Shown: positions 10,354 to 20,658, counted from the stretch's first letter. The stretch: DNA of 64,000 nt from Pseudobdellovibrionaceae bacterium (GCA_039810425.1 JBDHWW010000001.1:108652-172651), one strand, 5' to 3'. Numbers and translations are program-made. The notes: generated by a model from the letters alone, not told the origin.

Positions 10354-11198
10354 TGCTCAATCCTTTAAGCGTGTTAAAACATCCTGTTTTACTGAGCCTT
10401 TATTTTATATCTAGTTTGGCTCACGCCCAAAGTTTTTCTAGCGCTGTTACGGACGGTGTGGCCGGTGCGGGCAGGGCTGCGGTCGAGGCCGGGGATGTCA
10501 ACTACCTGAATCCAGCGGGATTAGTCCACTTGAGGGGAAGATATGTTTATGCGACGGGAAGCAAAGACGATCTATCCTTAAGTCTAAGCGAATCGAGCCG
10601 CGAGGTCGTGGTACCGGCCAGTCTGTCTTATTTGCAGCGAAAAGCAAAGGACCGCTCTGATCAAGAGGTGAAGTGGAAAGACATGCGGTTGTCGCTTGCC
10701 GACTTCGTTGTCGAAAAATTTTCGATGGGGATCACCGGTACGATGAGCACCGTGGATTACAAAACCAGTTCCTACAATCAAACGAACGGGAACTTGGGAT
10801 TGTTCTATACTCCGACGGATCACTTCGGTTTAGCGTACGTTTTTTATAATATATTTGGTGGTAAAGACACAGTGCCAGAAGAGGTTCGCGAAGCATCCCA
10901 AATGGCCGTGGGCCTGAATTTTATCTACAAAAACTTCGTCCGTTATCGTTTTGATGTTCTTTCTGCCAGCAATAACAACTTTGGTAAGCCTGCATATATG
11001 CTGGGGCTTGAGACCTTGCTCAACGAGTGGTTTATTTTCCGTATCGGGTATAAGAACGACATTTTAGCCAGTCAGGAGCTCTTTACTCAGGGCCTTGGCT
11101 TTCACGGCCCGGTCTTTTCGGTGGATTATGCCCACCAGGGATCGGTAAAAGGTGCTAATTTTGATCGTCACTCCATTGACTTGTCCTTTTCCTTTTGA
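10353..11198 (+). CDS. Putative outer-membrane beta-barrel protein
   Basis: Signal peptide, YLNPAGL motif seen in FadL/PorV-like barrels, alternating strands, terminal Phe (DLSFSF). True start may be GTG 10371. Confidence 0.65.
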   Translation: MLNPLSVLKHPVLLSLYFISSLAHAQSFSSAVTDGVAGAGRAAVEAGDVNYLNPAGLVHLRGRYVYATGSKDDLSLSLSESSREVVVPASLSYLQRKAKDRSDQEVKWKDMRLSLADFVVEKFSMGITGTMSTVDYKTSSYNQTNGNLGLFYTPTDHFGLAYVFYNIFGGKDTVPEEVREASQMAVGLNFIYKNFVRYRFDVLSASNNNFGKPAYMLGLETLLNEWFIFRIGYKNDILASQELFTQGLGFHGPVFSVDYAHQGSVKGANFDRHSIDLSFSF

Positions 11199-11233
11199 TA
11201 CCTAACACCATCCGTTAAACTTGGAGATGAAAC

Positions 11234-11362
11234 ATGGCTTCTAAAACAAAAAGAACTGAATACATTCGCGAAAAGAAAAGAACTACTAGCGGTACTAAAC
11301 GTAAAGCAGCTCTTCGCAGCAAAGGTACTACTAAATCTGCAAAGACTCTTTTTAAAGACTAA
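11234..11362 (+). CDS. Unannotated 42-aa highly basic small protein
   Basis: GGAG RBS (11223-11226), ATG 11234, MASKTKRTEYIREKKRTTSGTKRKAALRSKGTTKSAKTLFKD*. 15 of 42 residues are K/R. Followed by a terminator. Confidence 0.8.
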   Translation: MASKTKRTEYIREKKRTTSGTKRKAALRSKGTTKSAKTLFKD

Positions 11363-11390
11363 ATCATTGATTTAATTGATTTTTTAAAGG

Positions 11391-11415
11391 AAAAGCCGGT
11401 AAATCCGGCTTTTTT
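11391..11415. terminator. Bidirectional intrinsic terminator
   Basis: aaaagccgg-taaat-ccggctttttt between convergent genes. Confidence 0.85.
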
Positions 11416-11449
11416 CGTTTGTCTTTATCTTATTGTCTAATAGCCAGCG

Positions 11450-12625
11450 CTATTTTCTTAGCTGGCCGCCGGCTTCCATAGCCTCCCCATTCAGGGTCCA
11501 TTTAAACGGCATTTCCACCCAGCCTTCTTGCCCCGGATAGAACTTCCATTTTTTCAGGGCCGCCAGGGTTTTTCCGTCCAGATTACGGTACCCCGTGGAT
11601 TGGCCGAGTTTAAATTGGGAAAGGCTGCCGTCTTTATTCACGTAAGCATAGAACATCGTCTGACCTTCTTGGCGGGCCAAACGCTCATCTTGAGAGTACT
11701 GAGGGAACTTATTGCCGGGCATTTGGCGGAGCTGTTCGAGCGAGCGAACCCCACCCGGGATCCCCGCAACTTCCTTTGTGGGTGCCGGAGAACCGGAGTC
11801 GCCGGTGCCTTCACCCTCAGTGCCCGTACCTTTGCCGTGTGCTTCTTTAAGTGCGGCGAGGCGGGCATTGGCCTCTTCGCCTTCGCGGGCGATCTGGCCT
11901 TCACGAACTGCCGCTGCGCGGGCTTCAGAAGCTTCGCGATCTATGGCTTGTTGAGCTGCCAAGCGGGCCGCTTTGTCAGCCGCCGCTTTTTCTTTGGCTT
12001 CCGCGGCAGCAATTGCAGCAACGTCGGCTTTACGGCGAGCCTCGTCCGCTTGAGCTGCGGATTTCGCCAGCGCCTGGTTCTCTTGTTCAATTTCGTTCAA
12101 GGCATCGCTGCCATCTTGAGCTGCTTTATCGGCATCGCTCTCGAAGGATTTCTTTGCGGCAATGACTGCGTTGCGATTTTCGCGGTCGACTTTTTCGAAG
12201 TCGTCTTGAAGATCTTTTTCATCCATCTGGGCTACGGCAACTTCGCCAATGTCAGAGGTTTCAAGATCCGGAGCGGAGATATCATCTAAAGTGGCCGGTG
12301 CCGCCGCAACGGCCTTCGCGATTGGTGCTGGAGCCGCCGGTGGCTCGATAGGGGCTGGGGCCGGTGTGGCTTCGCCTTGGGTTTCTGGGGCGTTCGTGCC
12401 GTCAGCAATCGGTTTTGCCGCCGTTGTTTCGCTTTCGACTTCAAACTCAATCACTTCTTTCTTCGGGAACTCAATGGGCGGAATGCTCATAAGTGCAACC
12501 GTCGCGACGAGTGCCGCGTGAAGCATCACTGATAAGGAGATAAAACGCCCCGACTTATTCTCTGTCAAATCAACGGGCAGCGGTGGTAGTTCGTTGTCGG
12601 TTTCTTGTAAGCCTTTAAATTCCAT
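11450..12625 (-). CDS. TonB/TolA-family energy transducer
   Basis: N-terminal TM with SVMLH (SxxxH), Pro/Ala-rich helical linker, TonB_C-like PQYS...RQEG...STGYRNLD...KWKFYP. Confidence 0.8.
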   Translation of the reverse strand: MEFKGLQETDNELPPLPVDLTENKSGRFISLSVMLHAALVATVALMSIPPIEFPKKEVIEFEVESETTAAKPIADGTNAPETQGEATPAPAPIEPPAAPAPIAKAVAAAPATLDDISAPDLETSDIGEVAVAQMDEKDLQDDFEKVDRENRNAVIAAKKSFESDADKAAQDGSDALNEIEQENQALAKSAAQADEARRKADVAAIAAAEAKEKAAADKAARLAAQQAIDREASEARAAAVREGQIAREGEEANARLAALKEAHGKGTGTEGEGTGDSGSPAPTKEVAGIPGGVRSLEQLRQMPGNKFPQYSQDERLARQEGQTMFYAYVNKDGSLSQFKLGQSTGYRNLDGKTLAALKKWKFYPGQEGWVEMPFKWTLNGEAMEAGGQLRK

Positions 12626-12650
12626 GTTCGACTCCTAGATTACTCAGTAA

Positions 12651-12944
12651 CTATTCAGCCTGAAGAATAGCGATCGAAAGATCCATATCAGAAGATTGCA
12701 ACCGGGGTCTTTCACGGCGGATCAGAGCCAAAGCCCGCCTCAAGTCTTCACCACGAGCAGTGCCATCAGAGAAAGTGAATTCCGCAGCGTCACGCTCCGC
12801 AAGTTCGAACACGCGGCGGTTATTTTCAGATTCTTTACGAAGCTGGGTGACTGCCTGGAAAGTCTTAGAAGGTGTTGACGAGGCGGCCATGGCGATGTCT
12901 GCCATCATGACGGCGGCGAAAACCGCGAAGAGAGTCTTTTTCAT
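12651..12944 (-). CDS. Small secreted hypothetical protein
   Basis: AGGAG RBS; signal peptide MKKTLFAVFAAVMMADIAMA. Confidence 0.75.
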   Translation of the reverse strand: MKKTLFAVFAAVMMADIAMAASSTPSKTFQAVTQLRKESENNRRVFELAERDAAEFTFSDGTARGEDLRRALALIRRERPRLQSSDMDLSIAILQAE

Positions 12945-13157
12945 TGAGAGCTCCTATCCTAAGAGATTTAATCCATTGGGAAAGGAGCAAAGTTCTTGCC
13001 AGAATTTTGCAGCTTGAGAGGGCGTTCATTTTCAGCTCATCGAAAGGGAGTGTATCGGTTTTTGTCAGTGTCCAAGGTTTCATGAAGCTTTTACAAACGG
13101 CCCGGGGAGGCCCTTTGTCACCAGACCAAGGCTTGGAATTGTGGAAAGTTGAGACCA

Positions 13158-13361
13158 ATGAGAGAGGTTTTCTGTAAAGAGATCTATGATTTGAAGTCAC
13201 AAAATAAAGCTGTCATGACGGCGATTACGACTCAAGGTTTGCTGGCAGAGTTTGCGACCTTAAGCGGAAAAGTGGGCGATACGGACTTGGCACTTGAAAA
13301 ATTGTCCAATGCCTACGATAGGTCTCATGGTAGCAGCAATGAAAATGGCGCCGCCAAGTAG
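13158..13361 (+). CDS. Possible small hypothetical protein or gene fragment
   Basis: Protein-like 67-aa frame in an otherwise empty gap, followed by a hairpin (gaaaccctgcg..cgtggggtttc). No clear RBS. Confidence 0.3.
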   Translation: MREVFCKEIYDLKSQNKAVMTAITTQGLLAEFATLSGKVGDTDLALEKLSNAYDRSHGSSNENGAAK

Positions 13362-13474
13362 TTGTTAAACTTCTAGTCATTTTGAATTTTATACTGGAGA
13401 AACCCTGCGAAAACCGTGGGGTTTCTTATTCAGGTCAAAAATTTCTGGCAAGGGAGTTGCTTAGTTTTCTCCCT

Positions 13475-14779
13475 ATGAAAACAAAAAATATTTTTTTTGT
13501 GGCCCTGGTGGTTTCTTTTTCAGCAGCTTTCGCCCAAGAGACAGAGCTTATATCTTTGAGTGCCTATGCGCGCATTGCGAACGGGCAATTTCAAGATAAA
13601 TTGCCGGTCGACATCCGGGATAAAGATATTTATTCGCCGAAGTCTGTGCGCTTTTCGACGGATGCCCGCAAGATTTATATCAACTCCCTCGAAGGCGGGA
13701 AGACGGTGGTGTACTCTTGGCCGGAGCTGCAGAAGCTAAAAACAATCGTTCACAAATTCACGGAAAAAGATGCGGCTCTTTTTGAAGGCGAAGTCAGCGT
13801 ATTTGACTATAAGTTCTATTCCCAGCCGCCCACCGGCGATGTGAATCAGTTTGTGGGAAAGCCTGTGGAAAGCGAGCTGTCAGCTGACGGCCGTTATTTG
13901 TGGGTGCCGTACTATCGCCGTGATTGGGACCGCTACGGCCAATCACCCAGCGCAATTTCGATCATTGACACTCGCACGGATGAAATCGTGCGCGTAATGC
14001 AAACGGGGCCGATTCCAAAGTTTGTTGTGGCATCACCTGATGGCCACTATGTGGCTGTGATGAATTGGGGCGATAACACGATTGGCTTGATTGATACTTC
14101 GAGCCGTGATCCTCGCCAGTATCACTATGTGGCTCACATAGTGGTGGAAACACAACTGAGCCAGGATGGACTTGAGGGCACGGACCGTGATTCTACGTGC
14201 GGCTTCTGCCTTCGTGGCAGTCTTTTCACTCCGGATAGCCAATACTTGCTGGTGTCACGTATGGGAAAAGGCGGTATCGCCGGATTTCATATTCCAACGC
14301 GTACTTATTTGGGTTCGGTCATGAATATTGCTTCCACACCAAGGCATATGGTGCTGAGTCCGGATGCTCAAACAATCTACGTGAGTTCGAATTACGCGGG
14401 TGTTGTTTCTAAAGCCCCTTTGTCAGAGGTTGTTAAAGCTTTGATCTCTGCAAAAGGCAAAAGAATCAACGGGCCGAAATGGAAATCAGTTTCCGTCGGT
14501 CAAGGGGCGCGGACATTGGATATTTCTCCGAAGGGCAGATTCCTATTTGTAGCGGTTAACGACACGGCGGAACTTGTAACTTTGGATGCGCAGACGTTGC
14601 AAGTGCTATCGCGTATGAATGTTGATCCGTTCGCGGTAGGCTTAGCGGTGGCACCGGACATGTCGGCGGTGATTGTAACAAGCCAGGGCCGGGCTGGGGA
14701 AGGCGGAGGCAATGCCGTTAACATCATTCGCGTGCGCGCTAACGACGGGCCCGTGCTTTCGACGATTAAGCTTCAATAA
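13475..14779 (+). CDS. Secreted YncE/YVTN-type beta-propeller protein
   Basis: Signal peptide from ATG 13475. Repeated (S/T)PDG-like blades: FSTDARK, LSADGRY, ASPDGHY, FTPDSQY, LSPDAQT, ISPKGRF. Confidence 0.85.
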   Translation: MKTKNIFFVALVVSFSAAFAQETELISLSAYARIANGQFQDKLPVDIRDKDIYSPKSVRFSTDARKIYINSLEGGKTVVYSWPELQKLKTIVHKFTEKDAALFEGEVSVFDYKFYSQPPTGDVNQFVGKPVESELSADGRYLWVPYYRRDWDRYGQSPSAISIIDTRTDEIVRVMQTGPIPKFVVASPDGHYVAVMNWGDNTIGLIDTSSRDPRQYHYVAHIVVETQLSQDGLEGTDRDSTCGFCLRGSLFTPDSQYLLVSRMGKGGIAGFHIPTRTYLGSVMNIASTPRHMVLSPDAQTIYVSSNYAGVVSKAPLSEVVKALISAKGKRINGPKWKSVSVGQGARTLDISPKGRFLFVAVNDTAELVTLDAQTLQVLSRMNVDPFAVGLAVAPDMSAVIVTSQGRAGEGGGNAVNIIRVRANDGPVLSTIKLQ

Positions 14780-15872
14780 GCCCCGGAGGTACTTCCCCTT
14801 TGGCAAGAGCTTGGGCCACTTTCTGGTGGTCCTCGCTACCAACGATCTTCAATGCTTCGTCTAACGGCATTGGGTCGGGGTGGGGAATCTTATCTTTCTT
14901 AACTTCCAGGATTTGCTTATAGCTGACCTCGAGGTCCGCTTTTTTCAGCGTGCCTTGAGCAATTGCTTCGGTAATTCCTTCGATGGCGCGTGGGGGTGAC
15001 AAAGGCTCATTACAATAGAGCAGCACCTGGGCACCGGCTTGCATGGCACGAACTGGAATTTGCTTTGGATCGTAGTGTTTCACCATTGCTTTCATATCGA
15101 GGTCGTCTGTGACGATCAAACCGCGATAGCGGCATTGTTCGCGAAGGATCTTCTTCAGGAAAGTCTCTGACAACGTGACGGGCCAATCCGGGTCGACATT
15201 TTTAAAAAGAATATGAGATGTCATCACCATATCCACACGAGCTTTGAAAGAACGCTTAAATGGAATGAGTTCCAAACTGTCCAGGCGCTTCATATCGAGT
15301 TCTTCAACTGGAAGATCTTCGTGGCTGTCGACAATCGTATTGCCGTGACCCGGGAAGTGCTTGGCGCAAGAGATGATGTTTGATTTGATGTAACCACGAA
15401 CCAGAGCGGAAGTGTGCTTGGCGACCATCTCAGGATCGCTACTGATCGAACGGTCGCCAATAACGGTGTTCTTTGGATTTGTGAAAATATCCACGCACGG
15501 GGCGAAATCCAAGTTGATGCCGACGGCATTGAGTTCCAAGCCCATTTTATTAGAGAAGTGAAAGGTGACTGTGGCGTTGTCGAGATCACCGAGTTTTTTG
15601 AGCGGTGGCCACTGAGTAAATGGTGCCTTTAATCTTGCGACACGGCCGCCCTCCATATCGATACCGATAAAGAGCGGGGCTTTGTCTTGCATTTGACTGC
15701 GCAAAGATTGGATTTCTTTGCAGAGGGCATGAACCTGCTTTGGTTCAGAGACATTGCGGCCCATAAGAATGATGCCGCCGATGTTATTGTTAACGATGAA
15801 TTTCTTTTCGTCCGGAGTCAGAGATTGCCCGGCAATCCCGATAATCATGTGTTGGCCGATCAGTTTATTCAT
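14766..15872 (-). CDS. nagZ: Beta-N-acetylhexosaminidase (GH3)
   Basis: IDMEGGRVARL, KHFPGHGNTIVDSH (NagZ signature), TDDLDM. Confidence 0.93.
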   Translation of the reverse strand: MNKLIGQHMIIGIAGQSLTPDEKKFIVNNNIGGIILMGRNVSEPKQVHALCKEIQSLRSQMQDKAPLFIGIDMEGGRVARLKAPFTQWPPLKKLGDLDNATVTFHFSNKMGLELNAVGINLDFAPCVDIFTNPKNTVIGDRSISSDPEMVAKHTSALVRGYIKSNIISCAKHFPGHGNTIVDSHEDLPVEELDMKRLDSLELIPFKRSFKARVDMVMTSHILFKNVDPDWPVTLSETFLKKILREQCRYRGLIVTDDLDMKAMVKHYDPKQIPVRAMQAGAQVLLYCNEPLSPPRAIEGITEAIAQGTLKKADLEVSYKQILEVKKDKIPHPDPMPLDEALKIVGSEDHQKVAQALAKGEVPPGLIEA

Positions 15873-15895
15873 AAGTAGATCCCCTTTTATCGTCC

Positions 15896-16771
15896 TTATT
15901 TTCCAGCTGGTTTTGTTGCCGGTGGTTCTGCTTTGATTTGAATCCCTTGTCCCTGAGGAATGCCTTCTTGCTTTCCCGGATTTGCGGGCTGCATAGTCGA
16001 ACTTTTTGAAACCAAATTTGTTTTGCCGGCAGGGACATCACTAAAGAGACTTTTTAAAATACCTTGGCTGACAGGAAAGTTCTTTGTCGCTGCGGCCGGA
16101 TCGGCGACGAGCTCGGTGGAAACACCTTGCGCAACAGATGTGGTGCCGAGAACCTCGCCGCGCTCATTCACATAGCTTAAAAATGGAACATCTTTAAACT
16201 TGTTTTGAACCTTGAAAGCTTTCAAACCCAAAAAAGCTTCCTCTTTACCCACGGAAGCCAGGCCTTTGTAGGCCTCAGCATCTTCTTCCGCGATGGCGGT
16301 GTAGTCATAGGCGGAATCGGTTTTCAGACCTTCTTTGCTTTTGAGCATGACATAAACGAGGAACGTGCTAAGAAAAGTGTTCTTTGCAAGATCCTTGCGG
16401 ATCATTTTTGTTTTGCCGGCTTCTTTTACTTCAGCAGTCATTTTCAAGCCGTTGAACTTTGCATCGATCGTTTTTGTCTCTTTGCCAACGATGCTTGTAT
16501 ATGAATAAGAAATCGGGCCTAGATCCGCGCCGGCAAAGGCTTTGAGGCTTTCGGTGATTTCCGCGCCTTGGCCCGTTGTCTTTAAAAAGTAAGTAGAAAT
16601 GAATTTTTTGCTTTTTGCATCGAATTCATATTTTGAAATTGTGTAACCGATGGGATTGCCGGCAGACATAATTTTGTAATAACCCTCAAATAAAACTTCC
16701 GCGTGGGCAAAAGAGAATGAGCACGCGCAGAAAATTGCAACAACCTTCAGTGGAGAGAGTATGCGGACCAT
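15896..16771 (-). CDS. Secreted hypothetical protein
   Basis: Strong AAGGAGGT RBS before ATG 16771; signal peptide ending SFAHA. Confidence 0.8.
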   Translation of the reverse strand: MVRILSPLKVVAIFCACSFSFAHAEVLFEGYYKIMSAGNPIGYTISKYEFDAKSKKFISTYFLKTTGQGAEITESLKAFAGADLGPISYSYTSIVGKETKTIDAKFNGLKMTAEVKEAGKTKMIRKDLAKNTFLSTFLVYVMLKSKEGLKTDSAYDYTAIAEEDAEAYKGLASVGKEEAFLGLKAFKVQNKFKDVPFLSYVNERGEVLGTTSVAQGVSTELVADPAAATKNFPVSQGILKSLFSDVPAGKTNLVSKSSTMQPANPGKQEGIPQGQGIQIKAEPPATKPAGK

Positions 16772-16900
16772 GGTCTGGGACCTCCTTGGGGGTACGGCTA
16801 AAAGTCTCACTTGGCCCCAGAGTGAAGTCAAAGAGTTCAAGGTCGAGTTCTCGACGGAAGTTGCTCCCGGGCAAAGAATCAGCAACAATAGTAGAACACG

Positions 16901-19081
16901 ATGATGAAATCTATTTTTGCACGCATTCGTAATCGTAAGGGCCAGGTGGCCATTTTTATCGCACTGATATTCCAAGTGCTTTTTCTATTTTTTGCGATGA
17001 TCATCAACGTGGGTCTGCTAGTGCATCATAAAATTAATCTGCAAAACTCTGTGGATCTAGCCGCTTACTATGGAGCAATGAAACAAGCTGAGATGATGAA
17101 TGCGGTGGCGCACGTGAATTATCAAATTCGCCAAAGCTGGAAATTGCTCGCATGGAGATATCGCCAGCTTGGAACCGCCGGCGATTACATAGTTCATCCC
17201 TATAACAAGCCACAAAAGAAGATTGATGCTTCGGATATTGAGGGATTACCGGTGGGCTCAACGCCATCCCGTCAGCAGTACTATGATGCTCCGGCATTCT
17301 GTATTACTTATGCGCCTTTTTCCCCGATGCCATCGGCTCGTGAAAGCACTTGCAAGGATCAAAGCGACCAGAAGACGATAAAACTTTTCAACCCTCCGCC
17401 CATTATCGCGGGTTTCTTGAGCATCAATACTGCGATCCATGTGGCGACCACGCGTGCTTTGAACGAAGCCATTCAGCGCTGTAAGTACGTGGGTCAGTTC
17501 AATTATATGATCCTCGCGCGTTTTATTGCGGCTTACAATATCGATCAGGGCGAACGAAAGCAGTTGATTTCGATGCTGTCGCGTGGCCTTAGCGAAAAGC
17601 CGGATGATTTTCGTGATATCTCCGGCGAATTGGCGAGCGAAGGCATTATCAAGACGTTCAGAAATAATCTGACTGAGGCAAATCGAAACTCTATCAAAGA
17701 TGATCAAATCAAAATTATCAACGGGCTTGGTCAGAATGACTGCAATGCTGTCGGCCGAGCAAACACAGATCCGGCGAAATGGCTGTCAGAAGTTAAGATT
17801 AAACCGGCGTTTAACTATATGGACTTTTTGTGTGGATCGGGCAGTCCGCCAGAAGTAAAGCCAGATCCAAAAGAACTGACTCAACAAAATTTGCCGAATT
17901 ACGTAAATGAGCTTCAAGACGATATTTCATATCTTTCCAAGTTAGTTGATCCGCTTCAACCACCCTATAATGCATCCGTTGGCGTAGAAAAAAATCCCTG
18001 GTGTATGGCCTACGTTGGTGTGAGTGCGGAAACCAAGCCAAGCATTCCGTTTGCCCCGCTGGGCGGTGTGACCTTGAAAGCGCGGGGGTTCGCCAAACCT
18101 TTCGGAGGCAAGATCGGTCCATGGTACTACTCGCAATGGCCGCGCGGATCCGATCAATCAAACGGTGGCAAGCGAATAGACGCCTTGTTGCCCTGGCGCG
18201 AAGGCGATAAGTCAAATCAAGCAGACCCAACCGATCCAACACGTGCAGCAAACTACAGCCGTTTTCCAGGTGATAAAGCGGGAATGAAGTCTCGTGCAGT
18301 GATGGGCCAATATGGCCGTGCTATTTACAATTTAAGTCAGGACTGGAGCCAACGGAGGCCCAATCCCGCTATCGATGATTCTCTGCCGGCGCACTGGAGT
18401 CGTTCGGTAGAGCCAAACTTCTATCACTGGAATCACTTGGGCCAGACCTTTACAGCTGAGAAAAGTGGAGACATTCTGGCCTGGGATAGCGTCACCGATG
18501 GTTATCCGCGCATGCGTGATCTGGAACTGATGGCGATTCTTCCAGATATGTTTGACATCACTTACTACTCGATTGATCCGGATTACTATCACAACTATTA
18601 CCTAAAGCTCACCAATGAATATATTAAAAAAGCTCCGGGTAGCTTCAAGTATGTGATTCGCCCTGACTTGGGAGTTCGCATGAACAGTAGTGATAAAGCT
18701 CTTTCAGAATACAGCATTCGCGATCAATACAAGCGCTATGAAAAGGTGAAAACCATGGATCCGCAGGCGGATGAACCAAAAGTAGAGTTTGAAACAAAGC
18801 TTATTTACATAGCGACTTCGGTGTATCAAGTTTTGACATCCTGGATTGGCAAAGACTTGATGGACTACTCTCTGGATGCCGAGAGATTTGGTAAATGCGT
18901 CTCTAAACCTGAAGATCTTTTGAAGGGCGGGCCCACCAGCGGCGACTGTATAAATGGTGGACGCACGGGTTACTCGGTGAAAATGGTTTCGACAGACTAC
19001 CTTCGCTCGCAAGATCTTGATCTCGGTGGCGAAGGTGGTGCGACGGGTGGTATTTTAAACCCTCCAAACAATGATTTCTAG
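16901..19081 (+). CDS. TadG-like Flp/Tad pilus assembly protein
   Basis: RKGQVAIFIALIF...INVG......LQNSVDLAAYYGA matches the Tad N-terminal pseudopilin pattern. Confidence 0.8.
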   Translation: MMKSIFARIRNRKGQVAIFIALIFQVLFLFFAMIINVGLLVHHKINLQNSVDLAAYYGAMKQAEMMNAVAHVNYQIRQSWKLLAWRYRQLGTAGDYIVHPYNKPQKKIDASDIEGLPVGSTPSRQQYYDAPAFCITYAPFSPMPSARESTCKDQSDQKTIKLFNPPPIIAGFLSINTAIHVATTRALNEAIQRCKYVGQFNYMILARFIAAYNIDQGERKQLISMLSRGLSEKPDDFRDISGELASEGIIKTFRNNLTEANRNSIKDDQIKIINGLGQNDCNAVGRANTDPAKWLSEVKIKPAFNYMDFLCGSGSPPEVKPDPKELTQQNLPNYVNELQDDISYLSKLVDPLQPPYNASVGVEKNPWCMAYVGVSAETKPSIPFAPLGGVTLKARGFAKPFGGKIGPWYYSQWPRGSDQSNGGKRIDALLPWREGDKSNQADPTDPTRAANYSRFPGDKAGMKSRAVMGQYGRAIYNLSQDWSQRRPNPAIDDSLPAHWSRSVEPNFYHWNHLGQTFTAEKSGDILAWDSVTDGYPRMRDLELMAILPDMFDITYYSIDPDYYHNYYLKLTNEYIKKAPGSFKYVIRPDLGVRMNSSDKALSEYSIRDQYKRYEKVKTMDPQADEPKVEFETKLIYIATSVYQVLTSWIGKDLMDYSLDAERFGKCVSKPEDLLKGGPTSGDCINGGRTGYSVKMVSTDYLRSQDLDLGGEGGATGGILNPPNNDF

Positions 19082-19087
19082 AGGGAA

Positions 19088-19156
19088 ATGTCTCACTCTG
19101 AGACATCGGAAATTTTAATAACTTTGTTTCAAGACAGCCCGACCTATGTCCGATAA
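19088..19156 (+). promoter_or_regulatory. Palindromic operator plus sigma28(FliA)-like promoter
   Basis: ATGTCTCA-ctc-TGAGACAT (19088-19106), then TCAAG-N15-TCCGATAA (19129-19156), upstream of ATG 19178. Confidence 0.6.
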
Positions 19157-19177
19157 GATAAATACTGGGGATGAATC

Positions 19178-20656
19178 ATGAAATACCTATCTAGCTGTAC
19201 GGTCATCGGGCTTGTTTTGTTAAGTTCTCTTCCTGCGTTTTCAGATTACAGCGCTGAGAAGCCACAGCCTCTTTCGGCGGCGAGTTTGGCCCTCCAACAA
19301 TACCCAGAGCAAGCCAACAACACAAAGGATGGTGGTGAGGGTTATGAACCTGATAAAGTCATCAATCTAACAGTCACAAAATGGATTAATGAATTAGACA
19401 ACTCCATTTGTCCTGTTAGTACGGCGAAGAGCTTAGCGCAAAAAATTAATCAAGATGCGGAAAAATACAAAGCAAGCCAAAAGTCATGTCAAGACCGCGA
19501 GGACAAAGCCAATAAGTTCTGTATGGAAAGTCGCAATCCTGATGTCAAAAACTATCTCATGATTGCACAGATTTTAACGGGTAGCTTGTCGGGCATGGCA
19601 GATGCTTGTAGTAAATTTGGACAAGTGATGGATGCTGCTAATAAAATGCTCACTCTGTATCAAACTGCTTGTAGTTCTTGGCGCGGAGTTTGTATGTCAG
19701 CGTGTGGAGATGCGGTCAGCGCCCTAAAGTCTATAGAAAAAAACAAAGACGCTTTAGTAAAGAATGTAGTGGCAGAGGCAAAAGTGCAAAGTGCGATCGC
19801 GGCAAAGGCGGCGAACAAGGCAACGCAAGCGGCGTGTGATACCTTGGCTGCCAGTTATGCGTCATACGTCAAAAATAACTCAGCAGAAATTACTGCAGAA
19901 CTGAACACAGACGGTAAGGACTATAAAGCTGTGGCCAAAAAACAAGAGACTTGCAAAGGCTACGCAAAAGAGCTGGCGTCGGCAGGTGTGGGGATGATCG
20001 GAGTTCTGAAGTCTTTTGGCCAAGGAAATAAGTGTGAAAACCAAACAACGAATGTGGCGACAGAAACTAACGTGGATTGCACCGTCCCCGCGAATAAGCA
20101 AAACAATATGCAGTGTATCTGTCAGGATTCGCCTCGCACTCCTGGATGCAACAACGGTTTGGATTCAGTGGCTGCGGCTAAAAGTGGTGATACTCTCAGA
20201 GGGGTAGATCCTGGAAGCTATACTCCGGGCGGGGGCTCGGCGGGCAACTTTGGCATCGACGGTGGAACTGATGGGATGGATCTTTCAAGTAAATCTCCTG
20301 ATGGCGGTGGATCTCTGCCAGGCGCGCCTTCGGGTGGTGGCAGCGGTCTTGGTGGCAGCGGCGGCGGTTTTGGCGGCGGCGGCGCCGGCGACGGAGCTCA
20401 AGCGAAGAGAGCGGGCGGGCTTAATACCAATATTCTCGGTGGTGAGGGTGGCGGCGGTGGCGGTGGCAGTTGGGGTGGTTCTAACTATGATAGAGATACG
20501 GCATTGCGCCAGTATTTGCCAGGTGGTGCGAAAGATCCAGCAGCAATGGCTGGAGCGGCATTGAGCAAACAAGTGACTTCTCAGGGTGGTAGATCTAACT
20601 GGGAGAAGGTCAAAGATCGTTATCGCGACAATAAACCAAGTTTGTTGGGGTACTAA
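19178..20656 (+). CDS. Secreted Cys-rich/Gly-rich hypothetical protein
   Basis: Signal peptide, many spaced Cys, poly-Gly tract, C-terminal SNWEKVKDRY. Confidence 0.85.
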   Translation: MKYLSSCTVIGLVLLSSLPAFSDYSAEKPQPLSAASLALQQYPEQANNTKDGGEGYEPDKVINLTVTKWINELDNSICPVSTAKSLAQKINQDAEKYKASQKSCQDREDKANKFCMESRNPDVKNYLMIAQILTGSLSGMADACSKFGQVMDAANKMLTLYQTACSSWRGVCMSACGDAVSALKSIEKNKDALVKNVVAEAKVQSAIAAKAANKATQAACDTLAASYASYVKNNSAEITAELNTDGKDYKAVAKKQETCKGYAKELASAGVGMIGVLKSFGQGNKCENQTTNVATETNVDCTVPANKQNNMQCICQDSPRTPGCNNGLDSVAAAKSGDTLRGVDPGSYTPGGGSAGNFGIDGGTDGMDLSSKSPDGGGSLPGAPSGGGSGLGGSGGGFGGGGAGDGAQAKRAGGLNTNILGGEGGGGGGGSWGGSNYDRDTALRQYLPGGAKDPAAMAGAALSKQVTSQGGRSNWEKVKDRYRDNKPSLLGY

Positions 20657-20658
20657 TT

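Noticed and set aside
11528..12521. Long antisense ORFs over the TonB-like gene (and similar ones over uvrA, tig, pepA and the S41 protease)
   Set aside because: These are shadow frames produced by codon bias of the real genes, with no motifs or RBS.
12944..13200. Overlapping 77-aa and 111-aa ORFs, and a faint similarity between the 13158 ORF and the 12651-12944 protein
   Set aside because: No RBS or motifs, and the similarity is too short to distinguish from chance by eye.
20330..20480. GGC/GGT tandem repeats
   Set aside because: These are poly-Gly codons within a CDS with no repeat-spacer periodicity, so not CRISPR or a VNTR system.
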